The notes beneath the pieces were generated by a model, which was not told the origin of the DNA, searched no databases, and worked only from the letters and a program-made list of their open reading frames with translations. This document shows positions 10,977-20,721 of a DNA stretch of 64,000 nt, one piece after another; positions within the stretch are counted from its first letter, which is position 1; the number at the start of each line of letters is the position of its first letter. Made by a program: the position numbers and the translations under genes. Source of the stretch: a virus (lineage: Duplodnaviria > Heunggongvirae > Uroviricota > Caudoviricetes); the IMG/VR virus record IMGVR_UViG_3300048793_000046. The stretch is one strand, 5' to 3'.

Positions 10977-11980
10977 ACAGAGCGCTGATCACCGGGATCA
11001 CCGGACAGGACGGAAGCTACCTCGCGGAGCTTCTGCTCGACAAAGGATACGAGGTGCACGGTATCAAGCGCCGTGCTTCTTCGTTCAACACTTCGCGCAT
11101 CGACCACCTTCCGGCTCTAAAACTTCACTATGGGGATATGACTGATGGTTCTAATCTTGCTCGTATTATTCAAGAAGTTCGCCCGAGTGAGATATACAAT
11201 CTCGCTGCTCAGTCTCATGTGCAAGTCAGCTTCGAAACGCCCGAATACACCGCTAACGCGGATGGGCTCGGCGCTATGCGCCTTCTTGAAGCGGTGCGGG
11301 CAGTAGGTCCCGGCTACTGCACGCGCTTCTATCAGGCGTCCACGTCGGAACTATACGGCAACTCGGGCGGTTATCTTCGGAACGAAAACACCCCGTTCAT
11401 GCCGCGCAGCCCATACGCCGCTGCGAAGCTCTATGCGTTCTGGATTACGGTGAACTACCGCGAAGCCTATGGCGTCCACGCGAGCAACGGCATTCTGTTC
11501 AACCACGAGAGCCCGCGACGCGGCCCGACGTTCGTCACGCGCAAGATCACCAAGGCGGTTGCCGCGATCTCAACCGGCGCGCTGGACTGTCTTCGCCTCG
11601 GCAATCTCGACGCGATGCGCGACTGGGGCCACGCCCGGGACTATGTCGAAGCGATGTGGCTGACACTCCAGCAAGACGAGCCGGATGACTACGTGATCGC
11701 GACCGGCGAGGCGCATTCCGTCCGTGAGTTTGTCGAGCTTGCGTTCGCCGAAGTCGGTATGGACATCGGATGGACTGGCGAAGGCGTCAACGAGCTAGGT
11801 ATTGATCATGTCAGCGGCCAGCCCGTGATCCGCATCGATCCCCATTATTTTCGCCCAACCGAAGTTGACCTCTTGCGCGGCGACGCGACAAAGGCTATGA
11901 CGAAACTCGGCTGGCGGCCCAAGATCGGCTTCCGCGCGCTCGTCAAGGAAATGGTTGCGGCGGATTTGGAGGATTGTTGA
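10973..11980 (+). CDS. gmd: GDP-mannose 4,6-dehydratase
   Basis: [34 protein letters not shown] plus full-length similarity to the GMD short-chain dehydrogenase fold; start set at the internal ATG 10973. Confidence 0.85.
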   Translation: MNRALITGITGQDGSYLAELLLDKGYEVHGIKRRASSFNTSRIDHLPALKLHYGDMTDGSNLARIIQEVRPSEIYNLAAQSHVQVSFETPEYTANADGLGAMRLLEAVRAVGPGYCTRFYQASTSELYGNSGGYLRNENTPFMPRSPYAAAKLYAFWITVNYREAYGVHASNGILFNHESPRRGPTFVTRKITKAVAAISTGALDCLRLGNLDAMRDWGHARDYVEAMWLTLQQDEPDDYVIATGEAHSVREFVELAFAEVGMDIGWTGEGVNELGIDHVSGQPVIRIDPHYFRPTEVDLLRGDATKAMTKLGWRPKIGFRALVKEMVAADLEDC

Positions 11981-12789
11981 TGCTTAACCCGGACACACGC
12001 GTCGCCGTCTGTTGCTATTCGGGTGACGGTCATCAAGTCGTCGAAGCGCTGGAGTTCTACTTGCACCATGAGTGCCCGCTCACAGTTCTCTCGCCCGCAG
12101 ACAGCAAGGTCGATGTCAACTATCCGGGCGTGACGAATGTCTTCGCCGGGAAGGCTGCCTACATCGGGCCGGACAGTTTTGACCGGGAAATGCTCCATCT
12201 CGCGGCGCTGTTGCAGTATCCCGAAAACCACTTCCTGATCCATGACGCCGACAGCATCATGCTCGATCCAAAAATCCCGGACTATCTGTACGCCGAGCCC
12301 GATATGGTTTGGTCGAACCAAGTCACCGACGCCATCCCTGAGCATCAGTCGTTCTTTCCCGAGGGCTGGCCGCACGTCGCTTTTCAGCCGCCGTACTTCC
12401 TGAGCCGCAGGACCATCGAAGCGATGCTCGCGGTCAAGGACGATCCCCGCGTCATAAGGGATCATCCGTGCATGCCGTTCATCGATTTCTACATGGTGCA
12501 GTTGACCATCGTCGCCGGGCTGCCGTGGCGGCGACTGATGGATTGCATTTCGTGTCCGATCTCGATAGACCTTCGCAAGGTCAACCCTCCCGAAGCTGAT
12601 CTCGTCACGTATGACATGGGAATGAAGATAGCGTCCAATGCTGTCCTCCGCGAGGGCACAAGCGTCCTTCACTCGGTCAAGAACTCGGTCGCTATCCGCA
12701 CGCTTGCGGGGTTGCGTCAACAATATCTCGCCAATCACCCGGATGCTCAGCCAAAGTTCTTCCCAGCCCCCACAATCGGAAGAGGCTAA
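11974..12789 (+). CDS. hypothetical protein, possible glycosyltransferase-like (IHDADSIML DxD-like motif)
   Basis: lies between gmd and fcl; DAD motif. Confidence 0.4.
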   Translation: MLMLNPDTRVAVCCYSGDGHQVVEALEFYLHHECPLTVLSPADSKVDVNYPGVTNVFAGKAAYIGPDSFDREMLHLAALLQYPENHFLIHDADSIMLDPKIPDYLYAEPDMVWSNQVTDAIPEHQSFFPEGWPHVAFQPPYFLSRRTIEAMLAVKDDPRVIRDHPCMPFIDFYMVQLTIVAGLPWRRLMDCISCPISIDLRKVNPPEADLVTYDMGMKIASNAVLREGTSVLHSVKNSVAIRTLAGLRQQYLANHPDAQPKFFPAPTIGRG

Positions 12790-13661
12790 TGCTCGATCTG
12801 TCCCGTGTCACGCTTCTCTTCGTTGAAACCCGAGCCCACGCGATCACCAAGCGCGTGATCGATGACTGTCTGGCCAAGGCCGACTTCGGAGACGTGCTGA
12901 TCTATTCTGACAAGCCAGACCTAATCCCGATCTCCGGGGCGCGGCATATCCTCGTTCCAGACTTCCCGGACAAACGGGAGGCCGGACGCTTCTATTATTC
13001 AGAGGCGATGGCCAAGGTCGAAACCGATTTCGCTCTGATGCTGGAATGGGACGGCGGCATATATGACCCGTCGAAATGGAAGCCCGAGTTCTTTGACTAC
13101 GATTACATCGGAGCGCCGTGGCGGGTCCGCGACCAATACGACGTGGGTAACGGCGGCTTCACGTTGATGTCAAAGAAACTGGGGCACTTCATCTGCGAGA
13201 ATGCGGAGAAATATCCCGTCTGCACTGACATCGATATCTGCCGAGCCCAGCGCGAGAATTACGAGGCCGCCGGGTTCAAATGGCCTACGGCGTTGCTCGC
13301 ATCTTGCTTCTCGTGGGAGCTTGGGCTACGCAATCCAGAGCACTTCGGCTTTCACGGCGCGTTCACGTGGCCCGAAGTGCTGCCCAAGGAAGAGCTTGTT
13401 ATCCGCACCGGGCTACTGACCGAGACATCGTACCTGATGGCGAAGATGTATTACCTCGTTCGCGCGGCCCCTGAAATTTTGAAAGACTTGACACCAGAGC
13501 AGGCCGAACGCTATGTCTCGATTTACGGCGAACCGCAACCGCGCATCCCGGGCCACATCGCAGGCCGCTATATGTCTCCGCAACAGCGCGCGGCAATGAT
13601 GCTTGTTCAGGCGCAGCGACAGGGGCTCATCTCTCATCAACAAAAAGGGCTCAAAGCATGA
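12789..13661 (+). CDS. hypothetical protein in the glycan cassette (290 aa)
   Basis: translationally coupled with neighbouring genes. Confidence 0.4.
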   Translation: MLDLSRVTLLFVETRAHAITKRVIDDCLAKADFGDVLIYSDKPDLIPISGARHILVPDFPDKREAGRFYYSEAMAKVETDFALMLEWDGGIYDPSKWKPEFFDYDYIGAPWRVRDQYDVGNGGFTLMSKKLGHFICENAEKYPVCTDIDICRAQRENYEAAGFKWPTALLASCFSWELGLRNPEHFGFHGAFTWPEVLPKEELVIRTGLLTETSYLMAKMYYLVRAAPEILKDLTPEQAERYVSIYGEPQPRIPGHIAGRYMSPQQRAAMMLVQAQRQGLISHQQKGLKA

Positions 13662-14614
13662 AACGAAATAGCCCCATCCTCGTGACCGGCGCGAACGGGC
13701 TCGCCGGGTCTGCCGTTGTCGAGCATCTCCGCGCCAACGAGTTCACGTGCGTCATTCCAATCACCCGGGACGATGTTGATCAAGTTGATCTCCGTGATCA
13801 TAAGGCCGTGCACGATCTCTTCGAGCGCATCGGCGGCGACCGGGGTCCCTTCTACGTCTTCCACGCAGCAGCGACGGTCTACGGCCTCGGCGGCAACATG
13901 GCCAATCAGGGCAAGAGCATTCTCGACAACACGCTGATCAACACTGCCGTCATTGACGCTGCACAGCGTTCGGGCTGTCGCAAGATCACCGTCATGGGTA
14001 CGAACGCCGCATACCCGTGGCCGACACCGCTGCCCTTCAAAGAAGAGAACCTATACAACGGTCGCCCCGACGCGGGCGAGTTCGGCTACGGGCACGCGAA
14101 GCGTCACATGCTAGCGATGCTCGAAGCATATCAACAGAGCTACGGGCTGGAGTATTGCTACATCGTCAGCGGCAATCTCTATGGCCCGCGAGATACGTTC
14201 AACTCGAAGACCGGCCACGTACTACCGTCCCTGATCGCGAAATTCTCCGCTGCCAAAATTACCGGCGGCACTGTGGAAATCTGGGGCGACGGAACGGCTA
14301 GGCGTGACTTCCTGTACAGCAAAGACCTTGCTCGCGTCGTGCAGTTGCTCATGTCGGAAGACATCAAGCCCGGACCGATCAACATTGGTAGCGGAGAGGC
14401 GTATAGCATCCAACGTATCGTCGATTTGCTATGTACAATCTCCGGCGTCAGTGCGGACCGCGTCCGCTGGGATGCCTCTAAACCGAACGGGCGACTGGAC
14501 TGCCGCGCCGATCTCTCGCGTCTTGGGGCACTCGGCTTCTCGCCGAATTACTCAATTGAACAGGGCCTACAGGAGACGTGGGATTGGTTTAAGCGCGCTA
14601 CGGAGCGGGCATAA
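13658..14614 (+). CDS. fcl: GDP-L-fucose synthase (GDP-4-keto-6-deoxymannose 3,5-epimerase/4-reductase)
   Basis: ILVTGANGLAGSAVVEHL Rossmann N-terminus, YxxxK region, length of about 318 aa typical of Fcl/WcaG. Confidence 0.8.
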   Translation: MKRNSPILVTGANGLAGSAVVEHLRANEFTCVIPITRDDVDQVDLRDHKAVHDLFERIGGDRGPFYVFHAAATVYGLGGNMANQGKSILDNTLINTAVIDAAQRSGCRKITVMGTNAAYPWPTPLPFKEENLYNGRPDAGEFGYGHAKRHMLAMLEAYQQSYGLEYCYIVSGNLYGPRDTFNSKTGHVLPSLIAKFSAAKITGGTVEIWGDGTARRDFLYSKDLARVVQLLMSEDIKPGPINIGSGEAYSIQRIVDLLCTISGVSADRVRWDASKPNGRLDCRADLSRLGALGFSPNYSIEQGLQETWDWFKRATERA

Positions 14615-14686
14615 ACCGGGTTGACACGGGAACATGGTTAATGCTACACGTGGGCGGAAACCTATCCCCCGCGAAAGGGCACCCCC

Positions 14687-14956
14687 ATGTTCTCATTTCT
14701 CACGAACCTTGAAATCAACCTCGCGACCAACGTCGTTTGCCTAATCCTCGGCATGGTCTTCAAGACCAAGATCACGGACTTCTTCAAGGGCATCCCGGCT
14801 CAGGCTCGCGTCGCGCTCAATCAAGTCGAAGCCGATACCGCTTCCAAGCTCCGGGGCGCGCAGGCTCAGGTTATCAACTCGCTTCCCGGCGCTCCCCCGG
14901 CTCCGAAGGCTGCACTTGCGCCCGGCGCATCTCCCCCGGCTGCGCCCGCCGTTTAA
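14687..14956 (+). CDS. small membrane protein, holin candidate (89 aa)
   Basis: single transmembrane segment VVCLILGMVF; immediately upstream of the endolysin; TTGACA and TGGTTAATG elements upstream (14621-14643). Confidence 0.4.
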   Translation: MFSFLTNLEINLATNVVCLILGMVFKTKITDFFKGIPAQARVALNQVEADTASKLRGAQAQVINSLPGAPPAPKAALAPGASPPAAPAV

Positions 14957-14979
14957 TTCCGTCAACCGCTGAGCACATC

Positions 14980-15819
14980 ATGGCCCTCAACACCTACAAG
15001 CCATTCGTTGATCGCATGATCGGCAAGTACGAGGGCGGCTACGGCTGGGATAAAGCGGACACGGGCGGCCCGACGAAATACGGCATCACCTGTTTCGATC
15101 TCGCCGAGCACATGGGCCAGAAGATGGACAGCATGGCGCGCTGGGCTCCTATCGTCCGCGCGATGACACTCGAAACCGCCGAGCAAATTTATAAGACCAA
15201 ATACGCGGGTGCAATTCGCTATGACGATCTCCCCGCCGGTCCCGATGTCGAGATGATGGACTACGGCGTCAACTCCGGTATTACGCGGCCCATCCGCGTT
15301 GTGCGTGCCATCCTCGGCGTCCCCGGCAGTGCGAAGATGGATCAAGCGCTGCTCGATGCCATCAAGAAGGCGGACCCGACCAAGCTCGTCGCCGACATCA
15401 GCGCCGAGCGACTGCACTTCATGCATGCTATCCGCAACGGTTCAGCATGGAATAGTTTCGGCGGCGGCTGGGGCGCGCGTGTGGCCGATCTTAAAGCCTA
15501 CGCCAACCATCTCATCGCTGCTCCGGGCACCGTTGCCGAGCCGCAGGCTCCCGATCTCACGAAGGTCTCGATGCCCAAAGCGCAACACGGTTCTCCGAAC
15601 ACTGTCAAGAACGTCATCAAGACGACAACCGCGACCGCGACCGCTTCCGGCACCGGCAGTCACTTTTCCGGCCTGCCGCTGGAGTTGACTGCGGTCATCG
15701 TCGGGTTCGTTATTGTCGGCGGCATCGCCTACGTTCTGTACGCCAAGCAGAAGGCTGCGAACGACAACGCGACCGTCATCCTTCCGCCGGTCGTGACGCC
15801 CATCCTCAAAGCTGCATAA
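14980..15819 (+). CDS. endolysin, glycoside hydrolase family 108 (lysozyme-like) with C-terminal transmembrane anchor
   Basis: MALNTYKPFVDRMIGKYEGGYGWDKADTGGPTKYGIT is the GH108 signature N-terminus; C-terminal hydrophobic stretch AVIVGFVIVGGIAYVLY; start chosen at ATG 14980 rather than the upstream frame extension. Confidence 0.7.
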   Translation: MALNTYKPFVDRMIGKYEGGYGWDKADTGGPTKYGITCFDLAEHMGQKMDSMARWAPIVRAMTLETAEQIYKTKYAGAIRYDDLPAGPDVEMMDYGVNSGITRPIRVVRAILGVPGSAKMDQALLDAIKKADPTKLVADISAERLHFMHAIRNGSAWNSFGGGWGARVADLKAYANHLIAAPGTVAEPQAPDLTKVSMPKAQHGSPNTVKNVIKTTTATATASGTGSHFSGLPLELTAVIVGFVIVGGIAYVLYAKQKAANDNATVILPPVVTPILKAA

Positions 15820-15828
15820 GGTTTCCTC

Positions 15829-16329
15829 ATGTCCAATCTCGATCACCTCGCCGATCTCCTGCTCCCCGCGCTCATCGGCTTCACGCTGGCGGTGGCGTAC
15901 TTCTTTGGCGTGCGTCCACTGCTAAAGCAGACGCCCGGCTTCAAGCAATTGTATGCGAGCGAAGACACGATCCTCAACGCGCTCGCGGTGAAGCTCAGCG
16001 GCGTGAAGCAAAAGATCACGACCATCTTCCTGTCGGCGGCGGGCTTCATCGTGGTCGCTCACGATGAGATCACCCCGTTCATCACGCAAGTCGGCGTGGA
16101 CCCGGCACAGATTTTGCCGAAGGTGCCGACGTGGGTCTGGCCGGTCGCGTCCGTCGCGGTCCTGTGGCTCATCCAGCATTTCCGAAACCTCGCTGACGTG
16201 CAAGCCCGTGCGAACGCTGAGGCGCTGCTCAATGCCGGTCATCCGCTCGCCGCTCCAGCCCCGGGCCTCCCGCTCGATACGCTGCCGTCCCCGTCGCCCT
16301 TGGCGTCGCTCCCTGACAAGGAAGGCTGA
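15829..16329 (+). CDS. membrane protein of the lysis cassette (holin or spanin candidate)
   Basis: multiple hydrophobic segments; directly downstream of the endolysin. Confidence 0.45.
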   Translation: MSNLDHLADLLLPALIGFTLAVAYFFGVRPLLKQTPGFKQLYASEDTILNALAVKLSGVKQKITTIFLSAAGFIVVAHDEITPFITQVGVDPAQILPKVPTWVWPVASVAVLWLIQHFRNLADVQARANAEALLNAGHPLAAPAPGLPLDTLPSPSPLASLPDKEG

Positions 16330-16332
16330 TCC

Positions 16333-16797
16333 ATGGGTGCTATCGCTGCTATTTTCACTGGACTGTCAACTGTATCGTCTCTCGTCACCGGGATGTTCGG
16401 CACCATCAACGGCATCACCAAGGCGCTCGCAGATGAGAAGATCAACGCGCGCAACGCGACGACCGAGGAAGAGAAAATCCACTCTAATGAGCGGATCAGC
16501 ATGTTACAGGCCCGGCGCGACGTGCTGATCGGGGAAGCCGGGTCCGGTTCGCGTCTCAATCTGATCGTGCGATCTCTGTTCGCCTTGGGACCGCTGAGCG
16601 TTGTCCTCAAGCTCTACTTCTGGGACAAGGTGATCGGCTCACTCGTCGGCTGCTCTCAGGCTCCCGCCGGAACATGCGGGATGTTTACTACCGACCCGCT
16701 CGATGAGAATGGCTGGAAAGTCATGAGCGTCGTGCTGGGCTTCTACTTTGTTTCCGAAATCACGCTCGGCGTCACTCGAATGGTGAAGTCGAAATAA
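16333..16797 (+). CDS. membrane protein of the lysis cassette
   Basis: N-terminal transmembrane segment MGAIAAIFTGLSTVSSLV and additional hydrophobic segments. Confidence 0.45.
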   Translation: MGAIAAIFTGLSTVSSLVTGMFGTINGITKALADEKINARNATTEEEKIHSNERISMLQARRDVLIGEAGSGSRLNLIVRSLFALGPLSVVLKLYFWDKVIGSLVGCSQAPAGTCGMFTTDPLDENGWKVMSVVLGFYFVSEITLGVTRMVKSK

Positions 16798-16813
16798 GCG
16801 GGGGATTTTTCCT

Positions 16814-17515
16814 ATGGCTGGTACATCACAACTTGATCCAGAGAAAGTATCTCTGGCCAACCCGGCTGATCCGAGCCCGAACGTCTTGGATATTGTGCGG
16901 GCTGAAAGCAAATATCAAGACGGCATGCGCGAGGCTATGGGGAAGCTAAACGAGTTCTCACTCGCTGCTCAGACCCAGTTTTCTACTTTTGCCCGCGACA
17001 GTGAAAGCCGGATGCAAACGTGGATGCGTGATGCCGAGACCAAGCGGGTCGATCAGTTGACCGCGCAAAGTCAGAATTATGAAGCGCGTATCGCGAACAT
17101 GCTGGCAGACGCCGTCAAGGACAAGTCGGACCTTGTGGCAATCCAACTGTTGCAGATACAGTCGTCTTTCGGCGAGCGCGTGTCGAAGCTGGAAGAGTTT
17201 CGACTGCTCTCGACCGGGCGAGCGCAGGTTGCTGATCCTCAGATCGCAGCATCGTTCGACATGATCAACAAAAATCTCTCTACAACGCAGGACCAGTTCG
17301 CCAAAAGCTTGACCGATATTTCATCCAAGATGGAAGTGATGGCTAAAGCAATTATAGCGCTTCAAGAGACCTCCACCAAAGGCGGCGGGCGCGAGATCGG
17401 GCGGCACGAAGTGATCGCATGGGGCATCGCGGGTGCTGGTTTTATAGCGTCCATAATTTCCGTAGTCGCTCTCTTCTTTCATCTTTCGCCAATTGCCGCT
17501 CACATCGGCGGATAA
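16814..17515 (+). CDS. coiled-coil protein with C-terminal transmembrane segment (233 aa)
   Basis: heptad-rich middle; C-terminal WGIAGAGFIASIISVVALFF. Confidence 0.4.
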   Translation: MAGTSQLDPEKVSLANPADPSPNVLDIVRAESKYQDGMREAMGKLNEFSLAAQTQFSTFARDSESRMQTWMRDAETKRVDQLTAQSQNYEARIANMLADAVKDKSDLVAIQLLQIQSSFGERVSKLEEFRLLSTGRAQVADPQIAASFDMINKNLSTTQDQFAKSLTDISSKMEVMAKAIIALQETSTKGGGREIGRHEVIAWGIAGAGFIASIISVVALFFHLSPIAAHIGG

Positions 17516-17521
17516 AAGCCG

Positions 17522-17779
17522 ATGTGGCTCGGAAAGACCAGTCTGGTCACAGCCCACATCATCTATCGGATGCCGGATCATCAGTCATTGTTGCAAGACT
17601 TCATCTGGCAGGACTATGATACGCTCCCGGACTTCCCGACGCTTCGAAAATTCCTGCTCTTCTGGCGAGACAATATCGACGGTCCGCTGTACGACGTTCG
17701 GGTCGGTCAAATCCTGACCCGCGCACAGATCATTATCGATCTTCATGATTTTGATTTTAAGGGCAGACCAACATGCTAG
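17522..17779 (+). CDS. hypothetical protein (85 aa)
   Basis: ORF only. Confidence 0.3.
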   Translation: MWLGKTSLVTAHIIYRMPDHQSLLQDFIWQDYDTLPDFPTLRKFLLFWRDNIDGPLYDVRVGQILTRAQIIIDLHDFDFKGRPTC

Positions 17780-17832
17780 TAGTCAGGCTGACGAGCTTGT
17801 GCTAGTCTGGACGAAATGAGAAAGGCCGCGCG

Positions 17833-18264
17833 ATGACATTGCTGGATCACGAAGTCAATCGTCTCGCGGAACGCTTAGCCGAACGGCTCGTCGGTACAAT
17901 TCGGGCTACCATCCGAGAGGAAATGAACATGACCGACCAAGCCATCCTTGACCTGACTGCCGCCACCGACGCCGCGCTCGGCGTACTGGGCGATGTAGTC
18001 GCCACGCTCCAGTCTGATGCCGCGACGCTCGCGTCTTCACTTGCGTCCGCCGCCGCCGCTTCCGGCGCCGCGCTCGACCCGGCCATTGAGGCTCAGGTGA
18101 AGCGCCTCACCGATGGAACCGTCGCGGCCAAGGCTGCTGCCGACGCGCTCAAGGCCCCGGTCGCCGCCGTCGCCGCTGCCGCCGCTGCCCCGGCTCCTGC
18201 CCCGGCTCCAGACGCGGCCCCGGCTGCGGCTCCTGCTCCCGGCCAGCCCGGCGCGACCGCCTAA
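17833..18264 (+). CDS. Ala/Pro-rich hypothetical protein (143 aa)
   Basis: ORF followed by a strong hairpin terminator. Confidence 0.4.
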   Translation: MTLLDHEVNRLAERLAERLVGTIRATIREEMNMTDQAILDLTAATDAALGVLGDVVATLQSDAATLASSLASAAAASGAALDPAIEAQVKRLTDGTVAAKAAADALKAPVAAVAAAAAAPAPAPAPDAAPAAAPAPGQPGATA

Positions 18265-18302
18265 CCAGCGGCCTCCGCAAGCCCGAGAACGGGCCAACGA
18301 AA

Positions 18303-18335
18303 AATGGCCCCGGAGAGCGATCTCCGGGGCCTTTC
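18303..18335. terminator. bidirectional Rho-independent terminator
   Basis: GGCCCCGGAGAGCGATCTCCGGGGCC hairpin flanked by T-runs on both strands, between convergent genes. Confidence 0.6.
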
Positions 18336-18348
18336 TGTTGCGTAAATG

Positions 18349-18585
18349 TCACGCCCGGGCAGCTTTCTTTTCCGCCGCGAGTTCCTTGAGCCGGGCGAAC
18401 CGCTCGGCCTTCTTGGCGGCTTCGGCTGCCTCCAGTTCTCGGCGTAGCTGGCGCGTCGCTGCCTCTTCCACCTTGGTCGGCTTCTCGCGGAACATCGCAC
18501 CTTGTCGGGTCAGCTTGCGACCCTTCCACGCGGCCCGACGTTCGGCTTGCGGGATGCGGAGGAAGTCAGGAAAGTCTTCCATCAC
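18349..18585 (-). CDS. small basic coiled-coil protein (78 aa)
   Basis: ORF only. Confidence 0.35.
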   Translation of the reverse strand: MMEDFPDFLRIPQAERRAAWKGRKLTRQGAMFREKPTKVEEAATRQLRRELEAAEAAKKAERFARLKELAAEKKAARA

Positions 18586-18872
18586 TTCACCCTCCTGTGG
18601 CTTCCGATCATCTCTGGCGCAGGCTGACCATCGACGGTCGGATAGTTGAGGCCGCCCATGTCATTGACGTAGGTGCCTTCTGTGCAACGATAGAGGGACC
18701 ACTCGGTCGCCCTTCCACCGTTGCGGTGCATGTTGGCCATCGCTTCCTTTTCAGTTTCCGCTCGACCCCAACCGTGGTTGTTGCCGACAGCGATGAACCA
18801 GCATGCACGTGCGTCTGCCTTGTCACTCATAATACTCTCCACAATTTCAAACAGCCCCGCGCCCGGGACCAT
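18582..18872 (-). CDS. hypothetical protein (96 aa)
   Basis: ORF only. Confidence 0.4.
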   Translation of the reverse strand: MVPGAGLFEIVESIMSDKADARACWFIAVGNNHGWGRAETEKEAMANMHRNGGRATEWSLYRCTEGTYVNDMGGLNYPTVDGQPAPEMIGSHRRVK

Positions 18873-19073
18873 TCCCGAGCACGTGTGAAGAGTATAGCAA
18901 ATCGACTTTTGAGATTTTCGGATTTTGATACAGAATGCTGATCAGACGCGCACCGTGACTGGGTATCTTGTATCAAAAGATTTTTGTTGACACGGTCGAT
19001 GCTGGCGAAGTTGCACGGATTTTCAACAGCGCATCGCGCGAAGTCACTGCGGCTCTGGAGTAACATTTCGTGA

Positions 19074-19232
19074 TCAAGCGGCCTTGAGCAAGTTGCGGAC
19101 TGACAGCCCAATGACCGTGCTTTGCAGGAACACGACGCCCCAAACGACCGGGGTAAGAAGACAGGCCCAAGCGACCAAGAGAGCGCAGCCTGCGATGGCA
19201 AACCATGCCGACGTGCGCGGTCGTGGCACCAT
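19074..19232 (-). CDS. small membrane peptide (about 52 aa, MVPRPRTSAWFAIAGCALLVAWACLLTPVVWGVVFLQ...)
   Basis: short ORF below the track cutoff with two hydrophobic segments. Confidence 0.25.
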   Translation of the reverse strand: MVPRPRTSAWFAIAGCALLVAWACLLTPVVWGVVFLQSTVIGLSVRNLLKAA

Positions 19233-19420
19233 GAAATAAAAACTGGCACAAGATCGCGAGTGATCCTGACCACTGAATGATCTCTAACATGGATGATCCA
19301 TCTCGCGCCAGCGCGGCAACTTCTTACAGTTGACCCGGCACCACGTATGCATCGATTTGTTGGAGCCGTTGCGCTTCCAGAGCTTCGTGCGCTTCCAGAT
19401 TTTCTTGCGCTTGCGCCAGT

Positions 19421-19669
19421 TCATTTTATCACGCCCACTACAGGCTTGAACTCGAAGCCTTCGTGCCACATCCAAAGGACCAGATGACGCGCGACATTCG
19501 CCTCAGCACCGCGCTCAGTCATGTATCGGACTAGCTTCTCACAAGCCGGGCTCGTGATAAGCCGCTCGGCGATTTCTTTAGGGACTGGATTGACGACGCG
19601 AATGGGGGCCATTTCACATCTCCACTGTCTTGAGAAGCTTGAGCATGAGATACCACTCATTGCCGACAT
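19421..19669 (-). CDS. hypothetical protein (82 aa)
   Basis: ORF only. Confidence 0.3.
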   Translation of the reverse strand: MSAMSGISCSSFSRQWRCEMAPIRVVNPVPKEIAERLITSPACEKLVRYMTERGAEANVARHLVLWMWHEGFEFKPVVGVIK

Positions 19670-20078
19670 GATGCAGCTTGAAGAAACCGAATTTCGAAAA
19701 GTAGTCCGGCTTCTGTGTCATGAGCAGGATCATCTGCCCGTCGCGTTTTCCGATCTCGTCAATGCGCCACTCGACAAGCGCCTTGCCCGCGCCGCTACCC
19801 TGATAAGTCGGGTGCACAGCAATCCAGATCAGATTGAACGCGCCCTTCATCAGCATCGAAGGTCCGAACGCGGCGAAGCCGATTGGCGTCGGAGTGTAAT
19901 CTCGCGAGAGCGGATCACCAAGGTCCATAATCCCGAACGTCGGCGCGAAGTGCCCGCCTCGGAAATACTCGACCATCTGGAGATGACAGCGGTCGGCGGC
20001 TTCGATGCCCCAGTTCTCCAAGACAAGCCCGGAGCAGAACTCGATCTCTCTGTACTTCGGTTCGCGAATGAACATCAC
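19614..20078 (-). CDS. GNAT family N-acetyltransferase
   Basis: AVHPTYQGSGAGKALVEWRI is the acetyl-CoA binding motif A. Confidence 0.65.
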   Translation of the reverse strand: MMFIREPKYREIEFCSGLVLENWGIEAADRCHLQMVEYFRGGHFAPTFGIMDLGDPLSRDYTPTPIGFAAFGPSMLMKGAFNLIWIAVHPTYQGSGAGKALVEWRIDEIGKRDGQMILLMTQKPDYFSKFGFFKLHHVGNEWYLMLKLLKTVEM

Positions 20079-20611
20079 TTGTCCCTGTGACGATAGCGAG
20101 GAATACCCGCCGCCTCTTTGATCGCATCGGCGAACTTGTCGTTCGGACCGCGTGGGTCCTTCGGCTGTTGAAGCTGTTCGTGTCGCGTCGGTTCGAAATT
20201 GTTTCTGATCTCGTCGTCAATCCGCTCGGCAAGCAACAGCACCGAAAGCTTCGGGACGATCATGACTGTATTGGCGCTCTCAGTCATCATGAGATTGATT
20301 TTGTCCTCGCCTTCGAACAAACGGAAGTCTGTGCGATAGACGATGATGGCTTTGTCTGTGCCATAGCCGTAGCCCAGTTCCCAGCACGTGCCGCTGTCCG
20401 GGTCCGGCCCGTCGAGATTGGCAAGAACCAACTGAGCCCAGTCGATGCCTGTCTTGTCAGATTTGAAAATCAGATCAGGCCGGTCGGCGTGATGCTGGCG
20501 CTCTTGCGGAAGAAAAACTTCGTGACCATGAAGTCGAAGCGCCTCTGCGAGAGCGAGATTGAAATCGCACTCGGCTGTTGAGAACAGCGGGCCTGCCATA
20601 TAGATACGCAT
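20075..20611 (-). CDS. nucleoside 2-deoxyribosyltransferase-like protein
   Basis: MRIYMAGPLFSTAECDFNLALAEALRLHGHEVFLPQ matches the NDT/Rcl family N-terminus. Confidence 0.6.
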   Translation of the reverse strand: MRIYMAGPLFSTAECDFNLALAEALRLHGHEVFLPQERQHHADRPDLIFKSDKTGIDWAQLVLANLDGPDPDSGTCWELGYGYGTDKAIIVYRTDFRLFEGEDKINLMMTESANTVMIVPKLSVLLLAERIDDEIRNNFEPTRHEQLQQPKDPRGPNDKFADAIKEAAGIPRYRHRDK

Positions 20612-20721
20612 GGGGACACTCCGGGAAAGTATGCCCGGCTCCGCTGACCGAGGTGCACCGTCAGCGGAGCCGTTTAGGGTCTATGATCCGTTAATTACGC
20701 GGACCCTCCCCCAAGCATTCG

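Noticed and set aside
14621-14643. Reading TGGTTAATG simply as an extended -10 of sigma70 promoters
   Set aside because: Works at 5192-5219 (TTGACG, 16-nt spacer, TTAATG), but at 14621-14643 the TTGACA to TTAATG spacing is only 11 nt, and the motif appears in both orientations and as a palindrome, so a dedicated binding site fits better.
14737-15819. 360-aa version of the endolysin ORF starting at 14737
   Set aside because: The upstream 81 codons are Arg/Gly/Ser-rich, overlap the 14687-14956 gene in another frame and precede the conserved GH108 N-terminus; start set at ATG 14980.
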